A stretch of DNA of 63,770 nt, the filler included, from Rhabdomonas costata (taxonomy: Eukaryota): assembly GCA_019059605.1 (NCBI GenBank). It is 40 parts of 40 records of this genome, joined end to end, with 100 filler letters (N's around TTAATTAATTAA, not from the genome) between each part and the next. Parts side by side here need not be neighbours in the genome. Positions count along the whole stretch, not along the records: positions 36,737 to 38,235 come from JAHMHO010014475.1; positions 38,336 to 39,832 come from JAHMHO010014476.1; positions 39,933 to 41,428 come from JAHMHO010014477.1; positions 41,529 to 43,024 come from JAHMHO010014478.1; positions 43,125 to 44,620 come from JAHMHO010014479.1; positions 44,721 to 46,216 come from JAHMHO010014480.1; positions 46,317 to 47,812 come from JAHMHO010014481.1; positions 47,913 to 49,407 come from JAHMHO010014482.1; 32 more parts are not named here. The stretch is one strand, 5' to 3'. The notes under the pieces are model-generated. The model was not told where the DNA came from, did not search any database, and was given only the letters and a program-made list of their open reading frames with translations. The first letter of the stretch is position 1. Each line of letters opens with the position of its first letter. The position numbers and the translations under genes are program-made. Shown here piece by piece: positions 38,234 to 50,935 of this stretch.

Positions 38234-39933
38234 AANNNNNNNNNNNNNNNNNNNNNNNNNNNNNNNNNNNNNNNNNNNNTTAATTAATTAANNNNNNNNN
38301 NNNNNNNNNNNNNNNNNNNNNNNNNNNNNNNNNNNTTGTTTTTGGGAGGGGGGGGGGCATGAATCGTCTAAGACCTTTAAATGTTCGAAAAATATTAGGC
38401 ATTGGCATCACGCGGGCAGTGGAACAGCATACCCACCCCCCTTCGGAAAAAACATGATTGAGTGCGTACAGGAACACTATGCCTAACTCCGTGTTATCAA
38501 AATAACACGGAAGAACACGAAAGAAACTTTGGTGTTTAACGGTGTTAAACTTTTAAAGCGCCCAAATGCAATTGTCCGTGAAAAGGAGGAAAGGGTAGCA
38601 TGTAAAATGCGAGGGGAAATGAGATTGACACAGCGGAGGGAAGAATATAAAATACGGTTATACCCTCCTCGCGGGAAAAGGGAGAGTTTGCGAGATTCAG
38701 ACTAGCTTGCCCGGCAACTGGGAATTTTCTGGCGTCGTCAGATGTTCAGAGTTCACTGTTTTGCTCCTCCAGCTTGAGTCCGCGGCGACCAACGTACCTT
38801 CCCGCTGGTAGACTGCGCCGTAGAGCCTCAATACGTGAGCCTCCCAGTACGTACCGAAATCGCCCTAGTAGGAAAGAGGGAGAGGAGGTGTGAGCCGATA
38901 TGATATCGCACAGGTGGGGCAACAAGCACAGACCTACCGGCTGATGCACGGAGCTCTAGCGACGATGGAAGAGTACGCACTGCAAAGGCATACATGTACA
39001 CTGTCGCGGTGGTTGCGGTTCCCACCTTTCCCTTTCTCTCAAGCCGACTTTGGCACCACTCTCAAAAGCACCTGCACCAAGGAAGTCCTCAACACAACTT
39101 CATGCAGAATAAATATGGACATCAAGTCTGGGTTTGCATTCACTTAGCACAACTTTTTGAGGCAGAAAGAGTAAAAGTCAAGACTTTGTGAGTGTGCTCG
39201 TTTCGTTCCCCACCCCATTCACATTAACGAGACATCTGACTATTTCTCATATGAGAAAGCCCACTTTCGCTCACAAGCCAGGCCCAGCCACACGTACGCA
39301 CCCTGGAGGAAGCACCCAAAGTGGCCCAAATCGGACACCCCCAGTTGCGTGCTCAACTCACGAAGAAGTTGCACAGCGGGCTGTCCAATATACTCAGAAA
39401 GCAACTCTCCTGCCTGAAAAATAAAAAACCAAATGCAGAGCAACCCGTGCTTTCATCCACAACCACAAAAATCAAGAGCCCTTGAGGTCCATTGAGCCTT
39501 TCATTCGAGAATACTCAGTTTGACTACTCGCCCTTCAATTTGCAGGCTCTGTGTAGTTCTCTCGCGGACCCTTTTCTACGAAGCTATTTTTCAACCTGTT
39601 GCCCGGAGAGTACGGGAACCCTCAGCCCCGGAACCCTTCAACTCCCCTTTCCTCCCCAGAAAAGGACATCGATGGCCTCGATTCTATATAAGCCCCGAGT
39701 TCCACAGCACTTGCACCTTCCTGCCTTCCTGCCTGGCGTGGGCGTCATCCCAGGACGCTGGTTCAAACCCCAAAAAATACCGAACAAATAAAATTGCCGG
39801 CAATTTGTCGTGTGTGTGTGTGTTTGCGTGCGNNNNNNNNNNNNNNNNNNNNNNNNNNNNNNNNNNNNNNNNNNNNTTAATTAATTAANNNNNNNNNNNN
39901 NNNNNNNNNNNNNNNNNNNNNNNNNNNNNNNNG

Positions 39934-40057
39934 GGTGTGTGGCCCTAAAGAAGCGCAAGTGGGGGTGGGAAGGAGGACACTATATATTATATAGTGTCCT
40001 ATTATATATAGTGTCCTCCTTCCCACCCCCACTTGCGCTTCTTTAGGGCCATACACC
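39934..40057. repeat. Inverted repeat with ~53-bp arms at contig start
   Basis: GGTGTGTGGCCCTAAAGAAGCGCAAGTGGGGGTGGGAAGGAGGACACTATATA and its reverse complement around a short AT-rich centre. Confidence 0.9.
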
Positions 40058-40463
40058 GATGGCGCAAAATCTCCAATTCGACTGCTGACATGACAAAAGG
40101 CGGGTATGCTGACATGTCCGAAATGGGCGGTAGAGGAGAGGGGGGGGGTCATTTCGGTTTCGGGTGCCATTGACATGTAAATTTGGGTTCATCGACAAAG
40201 GCATGCCTGAGAGGGGGAAACGGCTGCCATCGTTGCGTTGTCATCATCTGTCTGTGTATACCTCTGACCGGTGCATCCGAAAACGTAAGCAATGAACTTA
40301 TTCTGATGGCGCTGACACACTACCTAACTTCTTGTTAAAGTGGCACAAATCTTCTTCGATTTTTTCCGCCCCATGGGTAGACGATGGGGCTGACCCCTGG
40401 CAATGGTTATCCGCCCTCGCGCAAGGTCCTTTAGAGCCAAAGAGAGAGAGGCTGGAGGCTGAC

Positions 40464-41244
40464 CATCATGGCACACTCCCCGCAGCCCACCCCGACGTGC
40501 AGGGCCAGGGAGAGGGTTTTGGAGCTGTTGGGCACGGGAATGGAGTAGGAGGCCATGTTCTGCCCCAGCCCGTGCGCACACCGCGCGGCCAACGTGATCG
40601 CAGAGCCCTTCTCCGCATCGTTGTGGTAAGGCCTAGACACACAGAGGTCATACACCTCGATCCCCACACGTATGCCCTCCCTCCTGATTCCAATGTGCAG
40701 CATCCCCTGTCACGCTTCTCTTGAAAACAATTCCGGTGCTCCCCAACTCTCTCACCCCCCAGTGTTGTTACTTAGCGACGTGGCATGAAGGCCGCGAGCT
40801 AACCCCATTTCGCGACGAAAGTCACGATTCCCTTCTCGTCCCAGAGCTGTTGATCTTCGGTTGACCGGGGGCGGAGCTCAATTATAGCACAGCCGCTTTC
40901 GACTCAAAGTTGGTGTATTTGGAAGGTGTTGCAACCTCAGCACGGGTCAAGCGTGGCATCAATTGCACCGTGCTGGAGACTGGAGCCGAATATCACGCCG
41001 CAACCGCCCCCCCCCCACGAATAAGCAAACAATGCCAAATAATAAGAAATGATAAAAATCAGCACACAGGGAAATTATATGGAACTTATACGGAACACAA
41101 CACAATTGAAAGCAGCACGCGGCATGCACACCAGACGGCCAGCACGGCGTCCCCACAGAAGGTCACGACGTCGCCCCCGGCGTCGTGCACAATCTCAATC
41201 ACCCGAGTGAAGTACTTACAAAGGTGCATCGAGATCAGCTCAGC
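40464..41244 (-). CDS. Soluble-type (ADCY10/sAC-like) class III adenylyl cyclase exons (41244-41132, 40632-40464)
   Basis: AELISMHLCKYFTRVIEIVHDAGGDVVTFCGDAVLAVW|P..AARCA..LALHVGVGCG. Confidence 0.85.
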
Positions 41245-41274
41245 CTGCGGGATGGGAAACAGACGTATGTGAGC

Positions 41275-41423
41275 GGTGGTGGTGGTGCAGTGGGTGGTCA
41301 GTAAAATCGTAAACACAGCATTCCTGCAAGTCGCGTGCGTTACACCGTTTGGGCAGAGGCCACGCGGCTTGCAGGAATGCTGTGTTTACGATTTTACTGA
41401 CCACCCACTGCACCACCACCACC
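41275..41423. repeat. Inverted repeat with ~63-bp arms at contig end
   Basis: 41275-41337 is the reverse complement of 41361-41423 with one mismatch. Confidence 0.9.
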
Positions 41424-41971
41424 CCAACNNNNNNNNNNNNNNNNNNNNNNNNNNNNNNNNNNNNNNNNNNNNTTAATTAATTAANNNNNNNNNNNNNNNN
41501 NNNNNNNNNNNNNNNNNNNNNNNNNNNNGGTTGTGGGTGTCACGCGTTTCCTGACACGAAAAACCGAGTCTTTGCTCCTTCGTGCTGTGTTTCTGCATAT
41601 TAAGTCTTCTCGGAAAATAGAGAAAAGGGAGGGGGGCAACGGCTTAACCTTCATGCAAAAACCCAGACAGGGCAGAGCCCAACCTGGGGAAAGGGACTCT
41701 CCAGAGGAACATCTTCCAAGCACAACCAGGAAACAAGTCATCACCAACCAAGACCTATATAAAACGTTAGCACAATCGCCATACGGAAAACCCGGCTTCC
41801 TGCCACATTTCCGATCAGGCGAAAAGCGGCATTCGCACAGCAATTACAACGCAAGAGACCCTGGTATTCCTTTGGTAAAAAATCTCGACGAACAGGAAGC
41901 GACGCACGTTCCCTTGGGATTCGAGTGGTGTTTGCTGGGGAGAGGAGAGAGGGACAGTGATATGACATTAC

Positions 41972-42264
41972 CTCGGAGACCCTCTGCCCCGGCCGGCTGG
42001 CCTCGACGACCACTGCGGTCAACCCTGAGATCAGCGGGAACCGCCCCTCGTGGGCAGGGTACCGGCTGAACCCAGACTCCAGGGCGGCCTTGATGTCGGC
42101 CCCTTTAAGCTGAATGGAGATGACGATGTCCTCGATGGGAAGAATGTCCAGGACGTCCTTCACAGTGAGCAAAGAACCCCCGGGGTACATCATATCCGCC
42201 CTCAGGACACCGCTGTTCAGCACCCCCACGTCCGCACCCATCTCTTTGCGCATCGCGTCCGCCA
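41972..42264 (-). CDS. 5'-nucleotidase/apyrase family C-terminal domain exon
   Basis: VADAMR..ADVGVLNSGVLRAD..LTVKDVLDILP..LKGADIKAALE..EGRFPLISGL..PGQRV. Confidence 0.9.
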
Positions 42265-43127
42265 CTGCAAATGAATGGAAACAGCTGGCAGCTGGCCACC
42301 TCTGCACCTACGCTGCCATTCCACTGTCGCAGCATGCCCGCCACAGCGGAACTCCTGGTTTTGGTTTCCACTTCTGTATGGAACATCACTTTGGTTCAGC
42401 GCCAATCATGGTGTTACCAGTACAACCCTAACAATGTCTGAACGTGCCCTGCAAAAGTCCCGCCCATGTTTGACATTTGGTCCTCTTTCCCTGATTTTCT
42501 CCGACATTCGCACCTTTCATACTCGATCCTTTCTCTTTAGTATGCGCACTCTGCCCTTCTTCTGTGAACCCTTGGAAAAGAAAACGACGGTAGAACGATC
42601 GCTCCTGCGATCATTTCAGCCTTTTCAGCTCAGGCTCCAAAATACGATTCGCGGCCAAGACCAAGCACGCCGCCCCCATATTCCGATGCTCGAATCGCTT
42701 TCAAAAAGGATGTCCATCAACCCCACCCTCACCCCCATTGTGAAGAATTGTGTTGCCTCCATCCCTCTTTTGCCGATCTAATTGGCTTCACTTTCTTTTT
42801 CGTTTGCCATTTTCCCCTTGCTGTCTCGGGGCAGCAGTAGCGAGGATACCGCGAGCAAATAAATTCAGGATCGGATAGCTGTCTCGGTCTGACCAGTCCG
42901 ACACATGACTCTCCGCATTCATCAGGGGTCGCTGGATATGGGGTGGGATGCAGCGGAAGTCAGGTGCAGCCTCAAACCCCGGAGAAGACACATGCACACG
43001 CGCGTCATAGTGGAAAACTGAAAGNNNNNNNNNNNNNNNNNNNNNNNNNNNNNNNNNNNNNNNNNNNNTTAATTAATTAANNNNNNNNNNNNNNNNNNNN
43101 NNNNNNNNNNNNNNNNNNNNNNNNGGG

Positions 43128-43454
43128 GTGTGGGTTGTAATGTCCTGCTCCTGCTCGGAGCTTCTATTCTTTGTGTGGTTGGTGTTAGTGGTATTGCTAC
43201 CGACTGATGTAATGTGTCAAACCCTTCTCCCACAACCTGCAACTCCGGCCTGCCTTGCTTCGGACCTGAGCTGGAGTAGTGCCGCGGCGGCGGTGTGCAG
43301 CTGTGCGACGTGCACGTGCGACCCTGGGCAGGGCCAAGCTGTGCTGGCGGCGGGGTTTGCAGGGCGGCGGGTGGTTTTCCTGGGAGACTCCGTGTCCCGG
43401 GAAGCTGCAGTCAGTCTGAGCCTGCAGCTGGATGCGCTGGTCTGTGCGAGCTAA
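43128..43454 (+). CDS. Secreted/anchored SGNH (GDS-motif) esterase/acyltransferase-like N-terminus
   Basis: Hydrophobic leader, Cys-rich linker, then RRVVFLGDSVSRE. Confidence 0.55.
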   Translation: MWVVMSCSCSELLFFVWLVLVVLLPTDVMCQTLLPQPATPACLASDLSWSSAAAAVCSCATCTCDPGQGQAVLAAGFAGRRVVFLGDSVSREAAVSLSLQLDALVCAS

Positions 43455-46400
43455 CCTCCTCTTTTTTGCAGCAATCAATGATCAGACGTCTGCAATTTCT
43501 GGTTATTTGCGAGAAGGGAGGGTTTGTAGATAATAATTGATTCGAGACATCCCAACTTCCGTTCCTTGCATGCCAGGAGTTGGGATTCTGTCTTCCTCTG
43601 TATACACCACATGCTCACGCACGTAGAAGGCTGCAGCGGTCCCTGCAAGTGCACCCAGCAGGGCAGTTCTGGGGTGCAACTTTTCGGCGCTGAGCTTCCC
43701 CGGGAGGGAACCCTACAAGCCCAATGCGACCAAACAAGACGTCCCTTGCGGCTGGTCGGTCATTGAGCACAAGGTTCTGTTTAGCAATTTTTTCTTTGTG
43801 AGCCTATAAAAAGTGGTTTAAGACCCCCTGGTCACCTTTCCGCCCGTGCCGCCCGCTCCAGCCGCGTCGCAGCCTTCGCCCCTAAACTCATGCTGTCCTG
43901 CTCGCCCGTCCTAATCGCAGCCATTGGCGAGTCCTCAGCCAAACAGTGGCATTCAGCTGCTAAGCAAAAACACTCATCTATGGAGTACTGGCAACGAATA
44001 CGTAACCTCCTTACTCAAAAATGAAGTCATTTCTAGAGTGCTGGCGTGTTTCCCGTAGCCGTTTTTAAGTTGTTATGGCAACAGTTTAATGCAGTTTTCT
44101 GTATTGCCCCCACCACCACCAACTTCTATTAAGCCCTCTTTGTTGCGGTCTTCCTTTGTTTTTTCGTTGCAGCTAAGCTAAGTTAAGTTTTAAGTTAAGC
44201 TTTTTAACACTTTTTTGCTTTTGCTCGGCGAGGTCTATAATCTGTCCTCCGAACAGCTGGCGCTTGCATTTCTATTGGAATCGCCCCAAACTGTCCTGAG
44301 ACCTATCCTTTCCCATCCCACCCAACCTCTGGGATAACGTGTCTTGTTATACTGTCCTCAACCCCACCCCCGCACACCATGCATTACACCTGTAACTTTC
44401 CCGGAACGGTGCATACCTCACAATCTTTTGCCATTGTCCCAAAGTTTTCTTAAAACATCTTGAAACATCTCGAAAGACGTGCGTTGCGGTTTACTGTCCT
44501 TAGCCCTCCTCAACATCTGCATCACTCTTCATAATCCTTCCGTCTGGCATTTAATGGACAGCCTCGGTTTCCCGTTCGCTGGAGTGATATGCAGCACTTC
44601 GTGAAGGCCACCCCCCCCACNNNNNNNNNNNNNNNNNNNNNNNNNNNNNNNNNNNNNNNNNNNNTTAATTAATTAANNNNNNNNNNNNNNNNNNNNNNNN
44701 NNNNNNNNNNNNNNNNNNNNGTGGTGGGGGGCCATGCCTTCCTTCTAACTCATGACTTCGCAACGTGCAAAATGGCATCTCCATGCAGCAAGGGGATAAT
44801 AGATCTCTGCTCACTCACGTCAGGGGTCAGCCAGTTACCAACCGGTACAACGCGGACGGACCATAGAGTCCGGGTTTAATATTTTGGTGAAAAGGGAGAT
44901 GCACCCGACGCGTTTCAGTGAAATTCTAAAAGTCCTACCCATGAAGAGATGACGAGGAGGAAAACGTCCAACTCACCGTCTGCTTGGAGCAACGTACGAT
45001 ATTCGACGGACCAGGAAGACTTCTACTGCTCGGCAAGAGTCCACCATAGAAGGCGATCTCCCGAAAGCTGTAAAAGTTCGACCAGTAGTTATTATTGTTC
45101 TGTTAGAATCTTTTATAGTCAGAGAGGCGGAACGAAAACGTGAGCAACGTGTCAATGCCACCTTGACTGCCTGAGAGAACTCGTTCAGGGTATCCAAGCG
45201 GGGCTCGTCCAAGGGCCTCAGAATTTCATAAACCTGACCACGCGGCACCGCCCTCCGAAATTCACCAAGTGCGCAACAAAGGAAAAGACCCATGCGTAAC
45301 ATGATTACTCATAACTCGAATAGGTAATGGGCAGAGCCATGCCAAAGAACAGAAACCCCAACGGCGGAACCTGGGGATGAATGTGCAGCCCTTGCACCCC
45401 AGACTCCCCCAGGAAGCGTGCCGTGATGCCCTCGATGTTGAGAACCATGAAGGTCTCCCGGGTGACCAGCAGGCTGGCCTGGTACCGCACCGTCAGGTTG
45501 GAGACCTGAAGGACAATAAAAGTGTGGAAGCGGGTTATGCAGAAATTTGGATGGGGCGATGCTGCAAATTACAACAACGGGACAGCGAGTTTTTTCTTTG
45601 CGTACATAGGGGGGGGGGAGCGGTGAGACCTGCAGAGCGGTGTTCAGGGCCTCCGAGATAATCGCAGTGTCAAGACGGACATTGTCCCCCACGGTGCCAA
45701 GCATTAGATCTGCAATCATGGTCGCAAGCGTGGCGTAAAAAGCGCGAATTGCCTCGCAAAGAGATCTGAAAGAATGGTTTCGCATCGGCATCACACTCAC
45801 CAAAACCTTCCGGTAGTTACCTGTTGTCGTCCAGTCACTAATCTTGACCCAAAAGGGTAGTGAACGGAACTCAAATACTTCAACTAATGTTGAGCCGTGG
45901 TGGCTCAACTCCTTGGTCTGCTGGCCGTTTCTTGTTCTGCGGTTGAATCTACTCTCGTGAAGTGGTCGCTTCCCCACGGCCGATTCGCTTTTACACAATT
46001 ACCGTGATTCTTTCGCTTTCGAGTACTTGTTTCCAACGGCAACACTTTTGACAACAACTTGACGACAAGAGTAATATGGACTCACCAAATACCGTTCGCT
46101 CCGATCCATGTTTCCGGTGCGCTCGGCATGGCGCAAACGTAGAAACGGCGGGGGGGGGGGGGGCAGTTCGCCCGATCAGTGGCAACTCAGCACAGCTCTT
46201 CAGCACCGCATCCCGGNNNNNNNNNNNNNNNNNNNNNNNNNNNNNNNNNNNNNNNNNNNNTTAATTAATTAANNNNNNNNNNNNNNNNNNNNNNNNNNNN
46301 NNNNNNNNNNNNNNNNGGTTTTGGTGCGGTGTTCATTGCTGCTTCCCTTGGTCACAGTTCCTAAAGGTCAGAGAATAAGCACGAAGACGGTGCAAATGGG

Positions 46401-49400
46401 CAGAAACGATGCTGTGGGCGGATCAAACAACAAGACATGAAGCGAAAACGATATCACGGTCATCTCAGAAAACAAGCAAAGATCATGCTCGTCACCGATC
46501 GCATGCTTCTGATTCCGCGAGGGAAGTATACATTCCGAAACTGACAATTCAGTATGTGTTTACAAAATTTCAAAAGTAATCCTGGGAACGCCCTTAAATG
46601 CCATTCCATATGTGCATCTCGAGAACCGGTCACTCTGGCAACCTTCTACCAGGTGATGGAAACGTTCCGAGAAGCAGAGTGGGCTTTCACATGCCCATTG
46701 GGCGTTTTCCCATATGCTCGGGCGTGGCTGGGCCTATAACGCATGGATTATGAGTCAACGGGGTTCATAATCTTGATTTTTACCCTCGCCTCAAGCATGC
46801 TTGGGACCTAAACTTTGGTCGCTCCCACCCTGCCAGAATCCACAATCCACACTCTGCAATTCGAATGTTCCTCTTTCTTGAAGCTCTGATCTGATTCCTC
46901 CCCGCTGCTGTATTGACTTTGTGACCATGGTGCCCACATCCATTAAGCGCCAAGTAGACGGATTAGCAAATACAACACAAATCTGGGCCAGCTCAAATGA
47001 CAGTGCATGTGCATTAGGAACGTATCACACGAATCCATAGTCGAATCAAACCAATCTGCCGGCTTTCAACCAATCTATCCCGCAGGCCGCGAGCAGGCAT
47101 CGTTGCCTCCTCTTTTGCAAGGTGTCAGCGGTGCGCGTTTACGGCGCAGTTCATCTCTTCCTCTGCACCGCAAGGGTTTGGATATGCATCTTCCCTTCAC
47201 CGAAGACCTCATCCATCACATTGATTGAATGCCCCAAATTCTCCCCGACTGTGGTGCCGCCATCGCCTGCAAGCATAAGCCACGGTTGCTGATCAAAGAT
47301 GCCACCCCTCCTTCCGGTTCAAGTCCACCCCAGCTGCACCCAAACCTCATCCTCCCCGTTGCCGGCGATCACCCTAAGTCTCAGCGTGCGCCCATCGCGA
47401 AGCGTCGCGGTTTCCCATGGGATCCCTTCCGGCGCGGCCATTGACGCACAGGTGAGTTCCCCGCTGAGCTCGCACTGAAGCTCGCCCCGCGCACGCTCGT
47501 GGGCCCCAGGCTTCCCCTCCACGGAAGCAGAGGTGGAGGTGGAGCCCCGTGGCGGGGTCTCCAGCAGGCCGAGGGTGAAGAAGGCCACCCCAGTGCCCTG
47601 CTTGTAGCCCGTGTCCAGGAGCTGCAGCAGGTGGTGGTCATCGACAGAATAGCTCGAGCTGAGTGATAGTGAGGCGAGAGGCAAGCACATTCCCAGGCCG
47701 ACAGACAAACACAGACGCCACAAAAACGTAGTGCAAGTCAATTCCGCAGTGGTCCAGCCATTCAAGGGAATTGCTGGGGACAACATCGCAGAGAGTACAG
47801 TTCACACACACCNNNNNNNNNNNNNNNNNNNNNNNNNNNNNNNNNNNNNNNNNNNNTTAATTAATTAANNNNNNNNNNNNNNNNNNNNNNNNNNNNNNNN
47901 NNNNNNNNNNNNGGTGTTGGTGTGTGTGGTACGTAGAAAGAATTTCTTCTCGCCTTTCTACCTACCTTCTCCAATATAGTGTTGTGTGTATGTGTGTGTG
48001 GGTGTGCGTGCGTGCGTGCGTGTGAATATGAACCCATGTACGCTGCCCTGCGGTTGTGAATGCGGCCAGCTGCCAGGTGAGGCAGGACATGAGCTTGTGT
48101 CCGTGCGACTGTGATGTCCGTGATGAGCTGGTGTTTCGTTTCACAAGCTCTGTGTGAGTCACTTGCTTCCACCCAACCCGTTTCTCTCCCTAGGTACACT
48201 CAGCGCTGCGTTTCTTTCCTTTAGTTGGATCTTTCCCGTGCGATTTCTCAGCAGCCAAGGTTTTCTCAGCGTAACTCTCGGCATTGCATGTAAATATGCC
48301 ATACAAAGGGCTAGGGAGAGGCAGCACCCGGGAGGTGCATCATTCCATTGCAGCTCCGTCGAAAGCAGTCACGGAGGCCATTTTTGTGAAATTGTCAACC
48401 TGAAGGACAGCGGGGTTAGGCAGGAGGACCAACCGACTCTCGGTTTCGGAAGGCCGATGCGGTCAGAGGTGGGCAAGATGCAATAGTTCCGAGGGTTCAT
48501 GTTCACCTTGCTTGTTTGTGGTTTGTGTTTGTTTGGGTGCGCGGAGCAAGTTTCTCTGCGGTGATGTGTTTTCGGTTCCCGGCTAGTTTTTTCATTCATC
48601 TGCGTGGAAGGTGACGAGATGGGGGAGGGGCGGCCCTTTCCTGTCGGTATATACGTCGATCTCAGTATCCCTTCGTGCGCTGCATCTTTGACAACAATTC
48701 CACCGGCAAAGGGAGGTGCACTCTGCCGCTCATTGGTGGGGCTGCACCGCGGGCTCGCCGTGTTGCGCAAGCCAGTGCATAAGGCGGAGGGATCTCTTCT
48801 TATTTCCTTTCTTTCCACACTTTTTATAGGTTTGCTTGGTCCGCCTGCTTCTGCGCTTGTACGTAAGTGGAAGAGGATGGTTCTCTGCGCTTGGTGTGCC
48901 TCCTCTTCCGACGAAAAACTTTCGGCAACAGCTCCGTTGTCCGTTGCCGTCATTTCTTCAGCCGCTGTTTTGTTTTGTGGGTGGTGTTGGTCCGGTTGAC
49001 GCTCCTTCCATATGATCACAGTAGCAGCTTTTTGCACAAAGAATGACAAAAAGAACTTGCCGCTGTTTTCTGGTCCGTTTATCATGTAACCGTGTGAAGC
49101 ACCCGCATTGCCTGGAAGCAAAGTTATTTGAAGGCAGCGCCTTGTGTGAATTCTAAACGCCGAGCAGCCGCCACGGGGACTCAGCGCCTCTCTGTCGAAC
49201 TGGTCAAGCCTGGATTGCGAGGCCCGCGTTTGGGCCCCCCTGCCATAGTTTTTGATGTGTGCCTTCTTCGGAGTTGGAAAATTACAGGAAACGGCAGCAC
49301 TTGCTTTGAATTTTTTTTTGCCCACGCAGGCTGCTTTTTTGTGTTTCCAAAAAATCGGATTCCTTGCCTGAAGGGCAACCACCGACCACACACCTCATAA

Positions 49401-50041
49401 TGCACCCNNNNNNNNNNNNNNNNNNNNNNNNNNNNNNNNNNNNNNNNNNNNTTAATTAATTAANNNNNNNNNNNNNNNNNNNNNNNNNNNNNNNNNNNNN
49501 NNNNNNNTGTGGTTGGTTTTCAACCAACCGAAGCCCAAACCGATCGCAACGTCAAGGTTGAAATTGTGTGGGGTTGATCCATTCAGGCAGACATTTCGCC
49601 CTGCGATTTCACCTCGCTACCATTGCTGGGTGCCTTTAGGCTGCGCTTGCTTGTCGAGCGCTTCCGCTCTTTGTGGTATCGTTGTGTGGACTCAGTTTCA
49701 GTGGAGTGGAAAGAGACCGTCTTCGACGGGTTCCCCTTCCCTTCTCAAAAGCAGACTGGTGGTCCCCACCCTCTGTGCCCACTTTTCTTGCAGTAATTTA
49801 ATGGGCGTGCTCGGCAAGGGCACTCTCTTGCCCTAAAACTCAGCACAGGCGGCAATAAAATAAAAGATGAAAAAGCGTCCCGGAGAGAGTTGCCACCCCA
49901 ATGATGGGTTCGCCATTTTGAAAAAAAAAAGGTTGAAGTAAAGCTGAACGCAATTAAGGTCAATGAAAATCCATCAGCAAGCCATTCCTGAACAAGGAGC
50001 AACGAGTAGAAGTAGGGAACACGACACTGCACCCGCAAACC

Positions 50042-50935
50042 TCGGCCTGCACAAACTCCAAGCGCTTTCGCAGCTCGGCCTGCTGAGCTGAATTCTGGGC
50101 CTCCAAATCCCGCCGAAGCTGACAAGGACAAGAGCACGACAAAAGATTTAATATTTTGGTAACCACAGACTTGCGGCAGGTGTGGGTTCAAGGAAGGCAA
50201 GCGGGAGATACAAGAAACAGCCAATTACGCACACTAGATCTTGGGAAGGAAAGAAGGCGAAACGTGCACCTGGCTCAGGGCTTCCGAGTGGGCCCTTGCC
50301 TGCGCCTTCAGGGCCTGGGAGTGCTGGATTTCCCGCTCAGAAAGGGTTTCGCTCAGCCGCTGCTCCTGCAAATGGATTCAAAGCAGCACAGGGTTCACCA
50401 ATGAACACGCCAATTCGCCTCCATAAGCGTCATTCGCTTGCTCCTAGTGTCGCTTGCGCCTCCAAATGCTCTATCCCTAGGTCTCATATCACAGTGCAGG
50501 TGCTGGAGCGTTCAGGTCTTGGGGTATGGATTTCCCAATATAAAAAAGATCAGAGGGAGTGCTTTTCTCGCCAGTCGGTTCTCGGCGTATCCTGAGATCT
50601 CAGCGTTTCAGTTTGAACTTCTGAAACCCCATTTACCACGACTCCCACGATTCAATGTACAATTTTATGCGAGCATACAGCCGACTCCAACTGAGTACGC
50701 AGTATTTCGGAGACCCACATCACCTGGATGCTCTCATCGCGGAGAGAGCTCTCCATGGCCATCCGCAACTGCTGGGCCTGAACCTGAGAATGGGTCTGAG
50801 CCTGTGCCTGTGCCTGCAGCAGCTCTTTGCGGTGGGCCTCGTGGACCGCCTCGAGTTTGCGGGCAAAAGTCTGCTCCAGGGCACTGACGTGGGCCCGGTG
50901 CTGCTCTTCCAGGGCCCGCGTCGCAACCACCATGT
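50042..50935 (-). CDS. Coiled-coil protein exons
   Basis: E/Q/A/R-rich heptad-like segments near 50935-50723, 50365-50268 and 50120-50042 with GT-AG borders. Confidence 0.5.

Noticed and set aside
48369-49391. 340-aa minus-strand ORF
   Set aside because: No recognisable motif; composition resembles translated non-coding or antisense sequence.
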